This document shows, in pieces, positions 1 through 14,500 of a DNA stretch of 64,000 nt. A program made the translations under genes and the position numbers. How positions within the stretch are numbered: the first letter of the stretch is position 1; every line of letters starts with the position of its first letter. This DNA is from Botryllus schlosseri (taxonomy: Eukaryota): assembly GCA_051294905.1 (NCBI GenBank), contig CM119383.1, forward strand, positions 6,076,001 through 6,140,000, given 5' to 3'. The notes under the pieces are model-generated. The model was not told where the DNA came from, did not search any database, and saw nothing but the letters and a program-made list of their open reading frames with translations.

Positions 1-2527
1 TGTGAAGTTTTCTCATATCAAACTATTGAAAAAAAAACGAATTTCTCTAGTTGGTGTATACTTATTTCGTTCATCATACGCAAACAAAAGGATATAAACG
101 CGAAATCTGCGTCATAACTGCGTCAATCTGTATTCAACTGCAAGTTCAAGTTTGTAATCATCATTTTAATCGGTTACCAACGAAAGTATACTAGTTGTGA
201 TATAAACACGCCGTGACTTATGGAACAGTTTGTGCAATTTACGGATGGCAGCGGTTTGGCCGTGACCCACTCCATATTCTCCGACCTCTGCGGCATTCGT
301 GTCGCCGGTAATTTGAAATCGTGACTCGGCTGAGCACTGCGAGTCAAATATAGCACCGAAAATTCCTATTGTGTACATTTTATTGCGACTTACGGCGTGC
401 TAACCAGGTCATTAGAGGATATTTCCGATTTAGGTCGCATTGTTCCCTGAAAAATTGGCCGTCTTCAAATAAAGTTCGTGAATGGGATTAGTCTTGGGTT
501 TGATTGAGATCAGAAATGAAATTTACCTTGATTTGGAGCGCAATTATTATAAACACGAGCATGAATAACCAGTTTCGTCCGAATGCAACCGCCCGTATCT
601 GCAGTCTACATCTTGTAGCGTTGCTCAATTTACGTTCATGTCTAATGCCTATACTTTGCGATCGCATTCGTTCAAATATTGATCAATTGACGCCGTTATT
701 TATTTGCGAAGAGTGCATATACCAGCCGTAATTTTCGGAAAATCTTATAGTAAGCTTACTAACAGTCGCGCATCCATCCACACCATGGCACGGTTCACAA
801 ATACTGCCCGAAAATTTTGTCACCCGGTGATAAACTGATGCTTTGATTTCGTAACAAGCTTACGGGATTATCGACATTCATCCTGTTGCGTCATTGCAAC
901 TCAAAAAAATCTTTTCGCAAGGTGACTAAATTCGAAGGCATACCGGTACTCAATGAAATAAGCACGTCTTTACTGGCGACAAAAGATACCCGCGTATTAA
1001 CGCGTTTTCAATCCGACTGCTTGTGCGGTAATCATGGCGTGCCACGGTAAATTGCTGCGTTCGAAAGCGCATGGCTGTAAAACTATTCAGCGAAATAAAT
1101 TGGAAACGAAACCAATGTATTCGCGATTTATTCGTAATCCGATGATATATTCGAAATCGATTTGGCTATCACGAGTTTCAATTTCCATGTGTTGCCTGAA
1201 GATGAAGTACTTCGCGCTTTGCCACGGTAATGCGAGAGCATTTGCTAATAATTGAACTGGAATGGTACGCAATTGTGCTTAATTTGAAGATCGTAACTTA
1301 ATCCCATCTTAGATGGTTATGGAAACATATAATGTGCGTGAGAGTGTAATGCAATACTCGGTGGTATGGTGACGCCACGATGCCTCTCTACCGGACCGGA
1401 ACAAACGTCGCTCATCAGAATGGCGCGTGCAACATCGCAACATTGAATAAATTACTGTCATCACTTTTTAATGGCTTCTGATATGAAGTGTATATTACAT
1501 AGACCGTTACTTACGGCAGTCAGCAATGCTTTCAATATGTCGGTAGCACATTTAGTAGTTGAGAAAACCGTATTCATGTTCGATTTAAACCTATTGCTAC
1601 AAGTAATAAAACAACGGGAGTGGCAATTTTTTTCACTGTTTGAGCACACCACAAACGCAATCTTAACGCTTGTCAACTGAATAGGATGTGGCATTGTTTG
1701 GATACTCGTAGATTTGATATAATACGACGATGAAAAATGACCAGAGTATCGTGAGATGTCAAATCACACTGTGAAACATAATAAATGTATCGGGTACCAT
1801 GTATATTGAGTGGGTATTCTCAATAATAATCGGACTTTGCGAGAACGCTGACACATCCAAACCAGACAATCTATCGTACAGCGTCACTTTGGAGTGTTTG
1901 ATCCCTGGTGATTTGCGGATGTGGACATTAGACATGAATTCCAAGGTTTTTATGAACCGCCCGTGTGGATGAGAAGTCATATTATCATAGTAATATCATG
2001 GCATCGCGATTCTCCTGAGTAATTATGCAAACATCGATCGCAGAACTTGGAACAAGCCGTAAAATTACCGATGTCCATTCACGCTACAGGCATTCCCACG
2101 TGACTGAATTATATAGTTATATAACGGCTTAAAGGGATAACATATTCCTAAATTATTTTAGATTACAACAATAGAAATGTCAACGCTTGTGAGTGATGAA
2201 ATTCATACCTTCCGTTGGAAACTGGAAGTTATGTGACATTTGATTAACGTCAAGAATCTTCATCGTAATCATCACCACCTTCATTAATAGCACTCTATAG
2301 TCCCAGGAGGTTTTATTTACTAGTAACAGTGTTGACATCCGACATATGCACGTCATTTGCCAAAGAAACTCAAGGAAAGTCATGCCTATATGTCATTTTG
2401 GACAATCGTTGTAAACAAAACGTCTAACTTCCAAGGCATAACCCCCAGGATATTTGCACTTCATACGATCTTCACCATTGTACGCATCATGCATACATGA
2501 ATCCAAATAATAGTGTTATGTTTTTAG

Positions 2528-5500
2528 ATGGAATGGCGTCCAGATCCTAAGCGACACGACCTTTGCGTTGCTTTCGAGCCAAACCCGGTAGGTATATATA
2601 ACATTTTCGCCCTAATCAGTTAGTCTGACCGCAGCACATCGTTACAGGAACTCTGCACGAATGTCATACATATATTGCACTCCGTCAATGATACTCACCT
2701 TTACGCGTGTGGGACAAACGCCCGGCAACCACGCTGCATATACGTCAACAAGAAGGTGAATTATGACGGCAGTATCTTATCATAGAACGGACTTCTGACC
2801 CGCATATCTACATGGTTTCGAAATACAATGGGGTGGAAAATTTCTGTAACTATTTAAAGGCGGTTTGTCATAGCAGCGAATAAGGTCAGATTAAGCGACC
2901 GGTGCCGCTGATTTTTCAAATCAAACGCATTTTATGAGATTATTGATGTATCATTAACGGTAGTTCACTTGCAACAATACCGGCATTCGTGCTACATATA
3001 TACTTGCGTACTGTTCTACTTAGACGGTGATTTACTGCTGGCGCCAGATATATATTAGAATCATTGGGATGTACACCATACACATCTACCTTTACATTAC
3101 CGGTATAGTATTAACGTGTTTGAAACCCGTCAGTCGTCGTTTAGCAAAAGGAATCGAATAAATAATTTGCGACCACACAATGCCACTATACGTGCGTCAT
3201 ATGGGTATCAGTGTCATATCGCGACAGTGGTTGACTCTGTCGGGTTCGTATCTCCTCAAGGCCAGCCAGTTTGCTCCGTCCAAGTTTACTTAGAGCTTAG
3301 ACGATAGTGCATGACTAACGGTCTGCGTGGATCAAGTATTCGCCGGCAATGAAATCAGAGAAACGTTCCTTATTCGATGCTTTATTCGTCTGGTTAATTT
3401 CCTCGACGTGCCCAACCGGCTTTTACGCGCGCGGAGTTACTCACAATACGCCCCAAATGTGTCATAAGTCGGATATTTGTCTTTGATGTATTGTTCATAG
3501 TTGCACCTTAATCTGGCAAATACAATGTATCATTCTGGAATCGTGTGGATGAATTTAGAATTTTTCTTGTGCTACGATCACGATCCTTACGCGAAGGCGA
3601 CATCGTATCGCTGTCAACCATTCAGCGTTATACATTCTATTTTGACAGACTTTCACGCAAGAAGGATCAGATATAAGGGGTGAATCAAAATCTCCCGGAG
3701 ACCCTTTTTCGAAAACTGTATCGACAATGACAGGTATGTCCACACTGGCGCTGGCACGCAATACCTTCAACTGTATTCTTTCCAATGTTCTACTATCTGG
3801 TGAGGTGACGATTACCCCTGACGAATGTCAGACAAAAATATTCTTATCTTGGCCGGATGAAAATAATCATACCTTATGCAACCGCTATCATTTCTATTAT
3901 GTAATGTTTCCCAGCTTTGCATGCTCAAAACTTGTTCAATAATTCGTGTTACATTTCCCAAGTATGTGTCACTCGACGAAATGCATTCAAATCTCAAAGT
4001 CAGGTAGAATGTTACCCGACACGCAATGTATCGAATGACACATAATAAGCATTTTTGTCGCATTGTCCGAATTTCAATATCCGCCACCGCACTCGAGTTG
4101 TATCATCTTTGTACTTAGTCTTTCTACGGCCCAGTTTTTTACAGGGAATAACAGTTTCAAGTACCTGATCATGATCATATAGTGAGATAGGCAATATATC
4201 TATCGCGTTTATTTGAATTCTTCTTGAATTACACTTCTCTTGCCCTGTGTATGAGCCGTGTTCGATAAGAGTTACAGTTCTATTGTTAACGTGTGACAGA
4301 TCTATCTTTTCGGAATATTTGGCTAATACCGTGTTGTCGGATATAAATTGATCTAGCTATCAGATTTTAAATTTGGATTAGTCTGCCACATCTTTACTCT
4401 CGCCGCTGTGAAGACACCCAGGGGCATTAAAAACGCACCGAAATTTTGTTTTTTCGTCACAACGAGGTGATTGTAATTCAACTATTTTCATGTCTCATTC
4501 ATGGTTAGCTGTTTTGTGCCGCCTTTACCAAATTGTAACCGACAATAACCTCGGAATCTTCAAGTCATCGTTTTTTTTTATGGACACTGCACAGATGCTA
4601 GATAAGATTGCTATTATTGTGCTTGTACTTGTTGTAGTTACTAAGAGATGCATTCCATCCGCAATTACCCAGTCTTAGTCGGGAATTTGCGCTTTGATGG
4701 AGTTTTATTTAGGCTTGGCCTAACGCGCTACGCTATTCACAGCACGTGACATCAAACGAACGTAAACTTTTCTTAACCGTTGCACGCGCCTGCATTGAGT
4801 CAAGTAGATTACCTACTGATGAGCTGACTTATCTGCATGAATCCTAACGCCCTTTCGCAAAGTTCAATCCACTTTAGGCGTATTATTGCACCACTTCCGA
4901 TGACATGTTGTGTCTTGTATAGCATCCTACGGCAGTCACGGTATGATTACACTGAGTAAGGAAGCATCTCCTGTGACAGACTCCTTGACTGCTTTGTTTC
5001 TGCATATCCGTGTACTCTTGCTTCAAATATTTATGCAGTATTTACTGAGACTGGTTTTAACTTGAAAGCATTGGTCGATTTCTCATTCTGTATCCAGGGC
5101 GTGCGCATAGTGTGTAGTCATTTTACGCGTGACTGACTGGCCACGTTTTGTGATGACATAATCGGGCCGGTAGTGCGGGGCATGGACCGGAGCCGGATCG
5201 GATATCCGGCCGGATTTTTTCAATTTTGGTCGGGCCGGATCGGAGCCGGATCAGTATTTTTTCTGCTACGGCCGGAGCCGGATCGGAGCCGGATCAGTAT
5301 ATTCTTGATCCGGCCACAGCATGACTATAGTAACTTCCGACCACAGTGAGAAAATAACCGAGCCATATCTGTAAAATCACTGAGCCATGACCAAAATTTA
5401 TGCTAACTCATTCAATCGCAGCATTTATTATATGACTAAGCATTTATTACCTCCATCATCCTTGTTTCCACTGTATGTGGTCGATGCGGTCTCCTTAGCG

Positions 5501-8500
5501 TGCAGTGAGATGGCTGGTAATCCTAGTATTATAGGATCATCGAAAATAGCAAAAGCCTTGTATGAAGAAGGGAAAGCAAACGCGGTTGATGTGAAGGGAA
5601 ATAAAAGTGAGGTGTGGAAGAGTTTTGCCTTGCCAACTGGCCCTGGCACCAGTGAAGTGAGGAGGGCGGTGACTACTCAGGATTTGTTCTCTGTCGGCAT
5701 GGTGGTTTGACATTCAAGCATGAGAGAAAGAACAGTGGCACAACACATTAAGCCACTCATATCAAAACCAGATGCAGTGTGTCGAAAGTCATACCATCAG
5801 CGGGCCAACGTTCAATGTCATCCTTTCTGACAAAAAAAATCTGCTCCGCTTCCGACTAAGGCCGAGGTACAATTGCTCAAAGCAGCCACATCATTCATTG
5901 TAAAGGATTTGAGACCATTCCGATCTTCAGAGGATGATGGTTTTGTCGAACTTGCTCAAACATTTATGGATATAGGGTCCGTGTATGATCGAATGAATGC
6001 TGAAGAAATAATCCCATCCAGACATACCGTTAAAAGGGAAGTTCTAAGCCGTGCTGCACTGGAGAAGGAAAAAATTTCTATCATTGTGAAAGCGACTATT
6101 GGCGAATATGGGATGATTGAGCTCACCACGGATATGTGGGCTGATGTCAAAAGCAGACATTACATGTCACTGACAGCCCATTACATTCGCGAAGAAAAGT
6201 TGCACTCTGTAGCAATATCTGCAACAAAGTTTGAGGAGCAGAAATCAGGTGTAAATCTGCTAAATAAAATATAGGAATGTTGCACTGAGATTGGACTATC
6301 TAGCTCTATGCTAGACTTCTGTTATTTTGTAACAGATGACGCAAGCAATATAAGATCTGCACCGACAACACATCAGAGACTGACATGTGCTTGCCACATG
6401 TTGCCGACTGTCCTGCAGCACACGTTACAGCCCTCGATGTCCGTGCATAGTCACTGCCCTATAGTTCTGTCTGATACTGACATGATAGAAAAAGTTTCTG
6501 ATACAATATCTCGTTGCAAGTCGTTGACCGCATATAGTCTACCTTGTCATTTTTAATTCGATACCAGCCTGTGAGTGTAGTTTTCATATCCCATACAAAC
6601 CTGTGAGTTTTTGTTACCATGTAGCCTACCTTGTCTTTTTATATTCGATACCAGCCTGGGAGTGTTTATGTAGTGTTTGTGTAGTTTTCATATTCCATAC
6701 AAAGCTGTGAGTTTCAATGCCATGTTTCTTTTTTTTGAATATAACCTGAACCCATTGCCTACTACTGCATTTGTTGTTAACTGGAAATAGCTAGTCGTAC
6801 ATGAATATTATCGGAGTTTTTTGGATCGGATATCGCTCATTTCAAGTATCCGGCCTCGGAGTCGGAGTGGAGTCGGACCAGAGGATTGTGGAACAGGATC
6901 GGAGTCGGACCAAATAATTTGTCGATCCGCCCCGCACTACGGGCCGGTCACGTCTAAATATGTATTCAGTTCGCAGAATATAATCTTTGCACACGATCAT
7001 ATGCTATGCATTTGGAAGTGACTGTCCGGTCTATTGCCAACTAAATTTGCTGTTTTATTTGTCATGATTTCGTGATATTCAAGCAAAAATCCCGCATTTA
7101 AAGTCTAGCAAAATTTACTCATTGTGAACTTGGACACATGAGTTGCATATGTATTTTATTCAATCTCTTGTTACTTGTCTTCCAAGGTAGGCATACCAAA
7201 TGTTCTTTTGCGATGTTATCTGTGATACCTGTTTAATTACTGGTTACGAGAAAGTTGTAACGCCAGCACCCACGGCTATAGATTTAGTTGTTTGTGACAT
7301 GGCACAGCCCTGCATCACAAAAAAGGACAACAAAACTTGTATTCTTGAATTATGTGTGACACTGGAAAGCCCACGAAATTCCATGCGAATAATATGTATT
7401 GCTTTTGTGGGAGTTTAAAATATACGCCTAAAACCTTCCGTCCGGCTTTCGTATATATTACGTCTCCGTATCGCGTGCAATCAACCGCACAGTTATCAGT
7501 TTGGTTTACTGTTAATCTCCAGTCCGTTTTCCCACGCACTGTAAGTCCGGAGCGAGTCACTTAACACAGACTTCTAATAAAGCGACTTGAAGAATTAACA
7601 ACGTTTGACGTATTAAAACAAAGCCAAGCAGCCTTCCCATGGTGATAATCCTTCTCAGAAATATATTCACAACTTCACACGCGTTGGGACTTCATTTTTC
7701 TTCCGTTTTCTGGAACCCATCTGTCATACATCAGACACACACAGCGCAAGACACCCATTGGATAGGAAACGAATGCTGTTCCCCCTAAATATTATAGCAT
7801 TAATAAGATAACGTCGAACAGAAGAGATTACAAACTGTTGACATACCACACGCAGTAAACTTGAGGTATACGCGACGAAAAACAGTTTTATTTACACAGG
7901 AAGATTGATATCACATTTACATACTTAACACTTCGCTTTGTATCTTTGATTATGCCAACATCCGTAGGCGGCGTGAAGTCCACTCGAACGCAAAATCTCT
8001 GTGAACGCGTGAGTGAAGCTCAAGTGGCACTTGAGCAACACGCCTTTTGTGCAAGTGCGATTGCGGCAAAGTTCAAAAAACGTGCGGAAGATGGGATGTT
8101 GGCTTTTTTGTTCCAATTCATATTGAAGTGCAGTGAAGCGAATGGAATTGATTGCACTCAGTTTGAGACTTGAAAAATCACGACTGAATGTCCAGAATAC
8201 ACTTGTAAAAGTTTAACGTCTGGTGATATATATCATCGTATACGACTCACACGGCTATTGTATTCCAGCTAACTCAAAATCTATCGAAATCATTGGTAAA
8301 CGTACACTCGTACAGCGGTGTTTTGCTTCGTAAATCTGGATTCTTTATATCTTCTAGTTAATGATAAATTAATAGGTAATCGAGATCAAATTAAATTTGT
8401 ACTAATAGAGGTTAAACGTTCACGTATGTTATGTAAAGTTATTCCCGTATAAATTAAGCGTTTCATTCCCTATTGCCATAATATACAACAAATCACTCTG

Positions 8501-11500
8501 TTTTCTGGCGCATTATCATGTTTGCGAGATGCGAGCGCAGATACGCGAAATTTCAATTGCAATTAATTGTTATCGGCGCGCGGTCAAGCTCATAAATATT
8601 GTTATGACTAAAACTGCTTGCATCCGTTTTATTTCATGACGGGGCTGTTTGAATTTTGCTAACTCCGTTGTTTTTAGGTGGATCTTTGTTCACTGCTAAC
8701 AATCCCAATTCTCGAAACAAGAACGGAATCATCCGGAAATCGCCCGCCGACCGTGCCGACGGCGCGCTGGCCACCGACGAATTTGACAACTTTCGTCTGA
8801 GCGGTACGTAAGCTCTACTGCGTTCCGTGCTCATGCACTCTTGTAGTTAAAACGATATTACAGTTGATTAGCAATAAAAGGTCGGTGATCAAAAGTTTTA
8901 CCGCTCTTTTTCCGCCGGTGTGACGTAGTACATTATCGAAACGTTTATACTTCTTTAATTATGTGTAAGAGCGGGACGTTGAAGCTAAGTTAGGAAACCC
9001 ATTACGCATAGGATTGGTTTCTGGTAAACCAAAATTGACTTGTCGATTACTTATTGAAAGTTACGCAATTTCGGATGCGATCGATGACTGTTAAGGAGAG
9101 GACTATTTTTTACCGATTATGTATCATGGTAACATATAATATAGGTATCTTATTTTCGAATCATTAAATATGATTTATGTATTACTATTATATAATTCTG
9201 TGGATCTAGTACCGAGCCTATGATGCTAATTCACAGTCATCATAGCACTCAATCGACACGAAACCAAGAATTGCTCCCAAAGCACCGTGAATGACTTAGT
9301 ATATAGCCTGGCGTAGTGTATCAGCTGTTCACCTTATTCAATTTGTTGAAATCCATCCATCAAATATAGGCTCGTTTCGTATTTGCGAATGTCGTCCGAT
9401 CTCTAAAATATTTAACTCCTACCACATCATACATTTGGTGCTGGAGCAGGACCGTTGGGGCAAATACTTTCATATATTATGATTCTGAAAGGATCGGTTT
9501 ATTGCAGGTTTAATTGAGCAACACTTCTTCCATACGGATACGAGTAGAAAGTTGGCTAAATCAATGTTCGAAAATTGCTAATTTTAGAATTTTCGGTAAT
9601 ATTTGAAGAGCTTCTTGGAGGTACAGAACTTCAATATAAAATTAAATAGTATATTCATATTGAAATGAACCCGAATATTTTCGGCTGACACTCATCAGGG
9701 GTATATCAACGATACAATGTTCTTTCCAATTCTCTACTAGTTGCTGACGATTACCCCTGACGAGTGTCAGCCTAAAATATTCGGGTTCATTTCAATATGA
9801 ATATACTATTTAATTTTCGGTAATTACAATTCCGTTTCACCCATCAGCCTTACCGATTATATTTTATTGGTTGCAACTAGCACACGAAACAGAGACATTG
9901 CATTGGCTGCGGATATCCCGCAATTCCTTTTTTTATAGTATGTTGTGTTCCAGGAATATTTGGCGAAATCTCTTTTGTGTTTAGGTATGCCAAATTTATT
10001 CACGTTTGTAGTTGTTGTGAAAAACACGGCGCAGATTGAAAGCAAACGGTTGTTTCGAAAGCACACAAACATATAAAAACACGAGAAGGCCGATTATCAA
10101 ATAAGCTATTACATTCCAGCGCGGAGCTTATTCAGTCGGTTAAAGAGAAGGTATTTCTCCTTCAAGATCGATGTGTAGTGCGTTAACCTTGCCTCACGAT
10201 TTGCCAAACATCTCTCGCTATCAATATGGAAATAGCGACTTTTCTGATGGAAGTGATGCGCACATATACTGTGGGCACACTTTTGTAACATATACGTTGA
10301 TATAAACTAATACTCCTAAACAGGAAATCATATACCGGTATACCAGAACCAATCTGCTTCATTTTTACAGATATACTATCACACGATTCGTGGAATGTTG
10401 AAGCCTGATATAACCTCTGTGTTCCTAACTTTTAGATAACATTTCAGGGCAAAATACTTTTATTTCCTTATTAGCATTCCTCAGTAAAAAGTCATCCCTC
10501 GTTAGGCATCGCGACCCGAATTTATCATATTTTGACGACGAACAAAACTCGCTTTCAATACCCGCCATTCATAGATGTGTGTCATGTATTTAGACGCCAG
10601 ATTCGTGAGCATGTTTACGGTTCCTGGACTGGATTCCGATCAGGAAAAGATCGTCGTGCTGTTCAAGGAAAACGCCGAGGAAATTCCTCTGGAAATTCTC
10701 ACTCAAGATAGCGACTACTCAGTCAACCTGGTGTACTCAAGAATGGCCACTTTATGCGCGGTATGTCCCTACATATAGAACTTGTAGGCGTCGTTTCTAT
10801 AGTTATATCGTCCCGATTTAATCTTTCGGGCTATATTCCGGAAGAGTAGTAGACCTGTAAAATTGGTATGAGAAGCTGTTTAATCGGATTACGCCGAAGT
10901 GATATATTTACATCACAAGGACTGATCTCTAGAGCGCATCAATCTCTGATCTGCAGTACACTCACGCCTCGTATATACTTACGTCTACAGAACGACCGCG
11001 GCGGCTTGACATGGCTTTCTCAAAACAGGCAACTAGCCACCTTCTCCAAAATGCGGATCGCATGTCCGGTTTCGATTCAGCATCCCGGCAAGTCTCGGGC
11101 AATGTCGTTTTTTTACGACGAGATCGGTGAGATTTTACGCCTGTTACCGGGAACAACTGCGATTGCAATGCGTGCTGTGCTTTTTAGAGAGCAGCTATGT
11201 GATTCCCAACCCAGAGCAGCCTGATAACCCGACCGTGTACGCAATTTTCGGCACTCCAAAGTAAGATTCTTTCGCTGGATGCACGGAGTTGATTTCAATG
11301 TATTGGACAACTCAGCTGTTTCGAATTAGATTAGAATGTATAGCTACTCATTTTCTATACTCGTTGCGCACTAGTTAATTATCAAAGTCGATTTGCCAGC
11401 AAGCAACGGACGCGATGACACATTTATGCATTGTTCCATCACAGGGGAGCGTATCACGCGACAGCTACTTGCGTTTACTCCATGCGAGACATCAGACAGC

Positions 11501-14500
11501 ACATGGACACGTACAAATATTGGAACAAGCCTAGCACGAACCAGGATTCCGCTTCGCCTTTGTTTTCGTGGTACTCAGATCCCGATTATCCCGCTCCCGG
11601 GTCCTGTGAGGGAGACACCAGCCAGTTTTCGAAACAGAGGTATATATCTTGACAAGGCTTTATACAGAACTTACATAGGTACGACAAAACAATGGTTTTT
11701 AATTTCGTATTGATTTCACGTCTACAGAGCTATCTACGGCAACGAGCATCCGCTGAAATTCGGGATGATCAAACCCAAAGACGGATTCGCGATTTATCAA
11801 GATTCCGGCGTCGCGTATTCTTACATCATAGTCGACCGCATTAGGAGAAAGGAAATCTTCTCTGGGCCTTCAAGTGAAGTCTTCGAAAAGGACTACGATG
11901 TCGTGCATTATATCACAGGTGATTATCGTAGTGAGAGGTGCTACGCACCAATTTTTGGTACAGTAAAGTAGAATTTTGACACCTGCGAGGTGAACATAAA
12001 GATTCCTGACGTAGGTCTTCGCAGATTTAAATATCTTTTATGTGTGTGACGTAGCTGAGTCAACAGTAATTGGCACTATACTTCTCGACAGGCAGCATCA
12101 TTTTTAATGCCAACACGGGCTTTGTGCCCGGGAATCTGGCGCGCCGCAAATCTGTCCGCGCAATCACGATATCTTGTTTTTTGTTCGCCCAAAATATGGA
12201 GTTAATAACCATGTTGTATTGGTTGGGATTGTAGATATGAATTCCCGCTGATGTCAGGTGCATCGCATTCCTGACCCTAAACGCAAGTTCGCCATTACCA
12301 CGAGCTATCAGTCACCCGCAGATAAAACTAGGTGACGCCGGCTTCACGCTGCTCGACCCACAATAGGTTTAAAATGACATTGGCTCAAGTGGAATCTAGA
12401 GATGAAAAATGTCTTTCAATACGTTACGAGATGACGTTGGTACGAATTATTTATTTTGTGTAGCCGCAAATGTCCTGTATATGAGTTAGAAGGTTGCCTC
12501 GGTAGGATAGCGGTGATAGGAGATATTCTGGTGATTTGGTCGGTCTTATATAAATGACACGCATATATCCATTCCCTTTGATTTATTGACCTACATGAAA
12601 CCTAAATATAGTTTATATTACCGGATTGGTCACAATCGAGCTTATTGCTATTCGTATACTGATTTATCTGTCGCAGAATTCATGCTGCTGGTAAACTCGC
12701 CCGATTTCTTTCCCCAATTTTTCCGAAATGCTCCCGGTATGGTGTTGTGATATTCTGCATTAATCACTAACGGGAAAAGAGCAACAATAGCTTGCTGGTA
12801 GGTTACATGGCGCGTCATGCATTGATACATAATACGTATCTAAACAAACTTATGAATAACGTAAATGGGATTGAATTTAGCGGTTAGAGAAAAATCCAGT
12901 TATACTATCTGTTTATCATGCGCCGCAGGGGCTGCGATAACATTAAAAAATCCGGTGGGTTTAGAAATTCTTGTGAATCTTCCTGTACTTCCAACAATGC
13001 TGTTGCCTTTACTGTTGGCTGTTAAATGTTAAGTGTATGCAACACGCGCTAATACGGTTCTAAGTGCAATCGTGATATAGCGTCAAATTCCTATGGATAC
13101 GTTTTCATCTTATTTGATTTCTATTTTCCTCGAACGATGGATATCCACTTGCATGGTCCACCATAATATGACGACAATGGACTTATCAATTTGCGCACGC
13201 GAAGTTTGGCGTATCGCCTGCGTTTCGCGTGCAGACTTAATGGTATGCGAAATCCAATACGTAAAATGTATTGTATTCTAGAAACAATCGCCGGCTATTT
13301 ACGTTTGTCAGTTTTGAATTAATGACATTGCGGCTTATGCGTTCGATAAACATGCAAATCTGCCTTCACTTTCTATTCCAATTCGTGACTTGTGCAATGC
13401 GGCTTTTTGGATGCAGTACCAGCGCACCACGACTCAATCTGAGTGGTTATCCGCGCGAACACAGCAAGCACTATACACTTTACCGTCAGGTGGTGGCTAA
13501 TTGTGTCAACTTCGGATCAGCAGCTGTGTGAATGTAATGCATCCATCTGCGGTATGCCCAACTCAACTTACCATCAATTATCAATCGAACATTGAGACTA
13601 GACTGCCGATGCTCGCGGAACATATCCTGCATAACTACCGCGAGATACAATCACATCATAAACCACACTTTCAACAAACAAATGTATCACTTGCTTGCCG
13701 CTGGCAAGTTCATGCATAATCACGTGCGGATGCCTATTCTTGTCACGCCATTTTACGGCCTACGCGTGACTACATTATTACCGCAGCACCACGTGTATAA
13801 TGACAGACAATATGCTTGCATCTCAGTGGCGACATAGCGTCGTGGTATGATCCACACTCCACAGCTACAACACCAATGGGTTGTTGAAGGTTTATCTAGG
13901 CTCTTTCTCACCACGTGATCCGTGTCGTATAAAAGCCTAGAAGTGGGCCGAGCAAGTCTGTAAATACGGAATCAAAAATACAGAATATCGGCCTGCTGGT
14001 GTAGAATGACCATTGACCAATGTATAGTCGAAACACCGCGAATATCAAACAAAAAAACATACTTGCGTCTCTGTGGTGCAACGTAAAGCTTAATTGTTGG
14101 TCTATTTGTGCACAGCGAGTATATCAATTTACATACGTCCTTGACTGGCAATGATTACCAAGCATTAGGCGTGACACTGCATATCTAAATTATCCTAATC
14201 CTCTCACGGTTTTATTTCAGATGTCGGTCTTATTAAGAGGATTGTGTTTTCGGTGGAAAATCGGTCGTTACATTGGGAGATACCGCAGCGACAGCTTTAC
14301 AACGTATGTGGCTACATTTTTAATTCGTGTGTCCTTACACTGGCATGCACTCACAATTATTTAAATCTGTCTAGGAATCTGACACAAAGCACAAGATCTT
14401 GACGGTGAAGAAAGGCGATAATGGGTTTATCTACTTTGGAACAAGCTCGTCTGTTGAGCAAATCAAAATCGCCGGGTGCGAGCAATATATGACGTGTGGA

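Larger units (their letters stand above)
9601..9817. mobile_element. Head-to-head mini-insertion of Penelope-like family B ends (two hammerhead motifs)
   Basis: Minus arm 9601-9703, plus arm about 9712-9817; 66-bp inverted repeat 9638-9703/9752-9817; flanking 13-bp direct repeat AATTTTCGGTAAT (9588-9600 / 9812-9824). Minus arm encodes MNILFNFILKFCTSKKLFK, homologous to the array ORF start MKLLFRVILKFCTTNHLFK. Confidence 0.85.

Noticed and set aside
1799-2385. Candidate 5' exons of the semaphorin gene (MYIEWVFSIIIGLCENA..; EVLFTSNSVDIRHMHV..)
   Set aside because: Plausible, but the splice sites are weak and I could not build a unique phase-consistent chain.
7946-8173. 75-aa plus-strand ORF in a semaphorin intron
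   Set aside because: No recognisable motif and no place in the exon chain.
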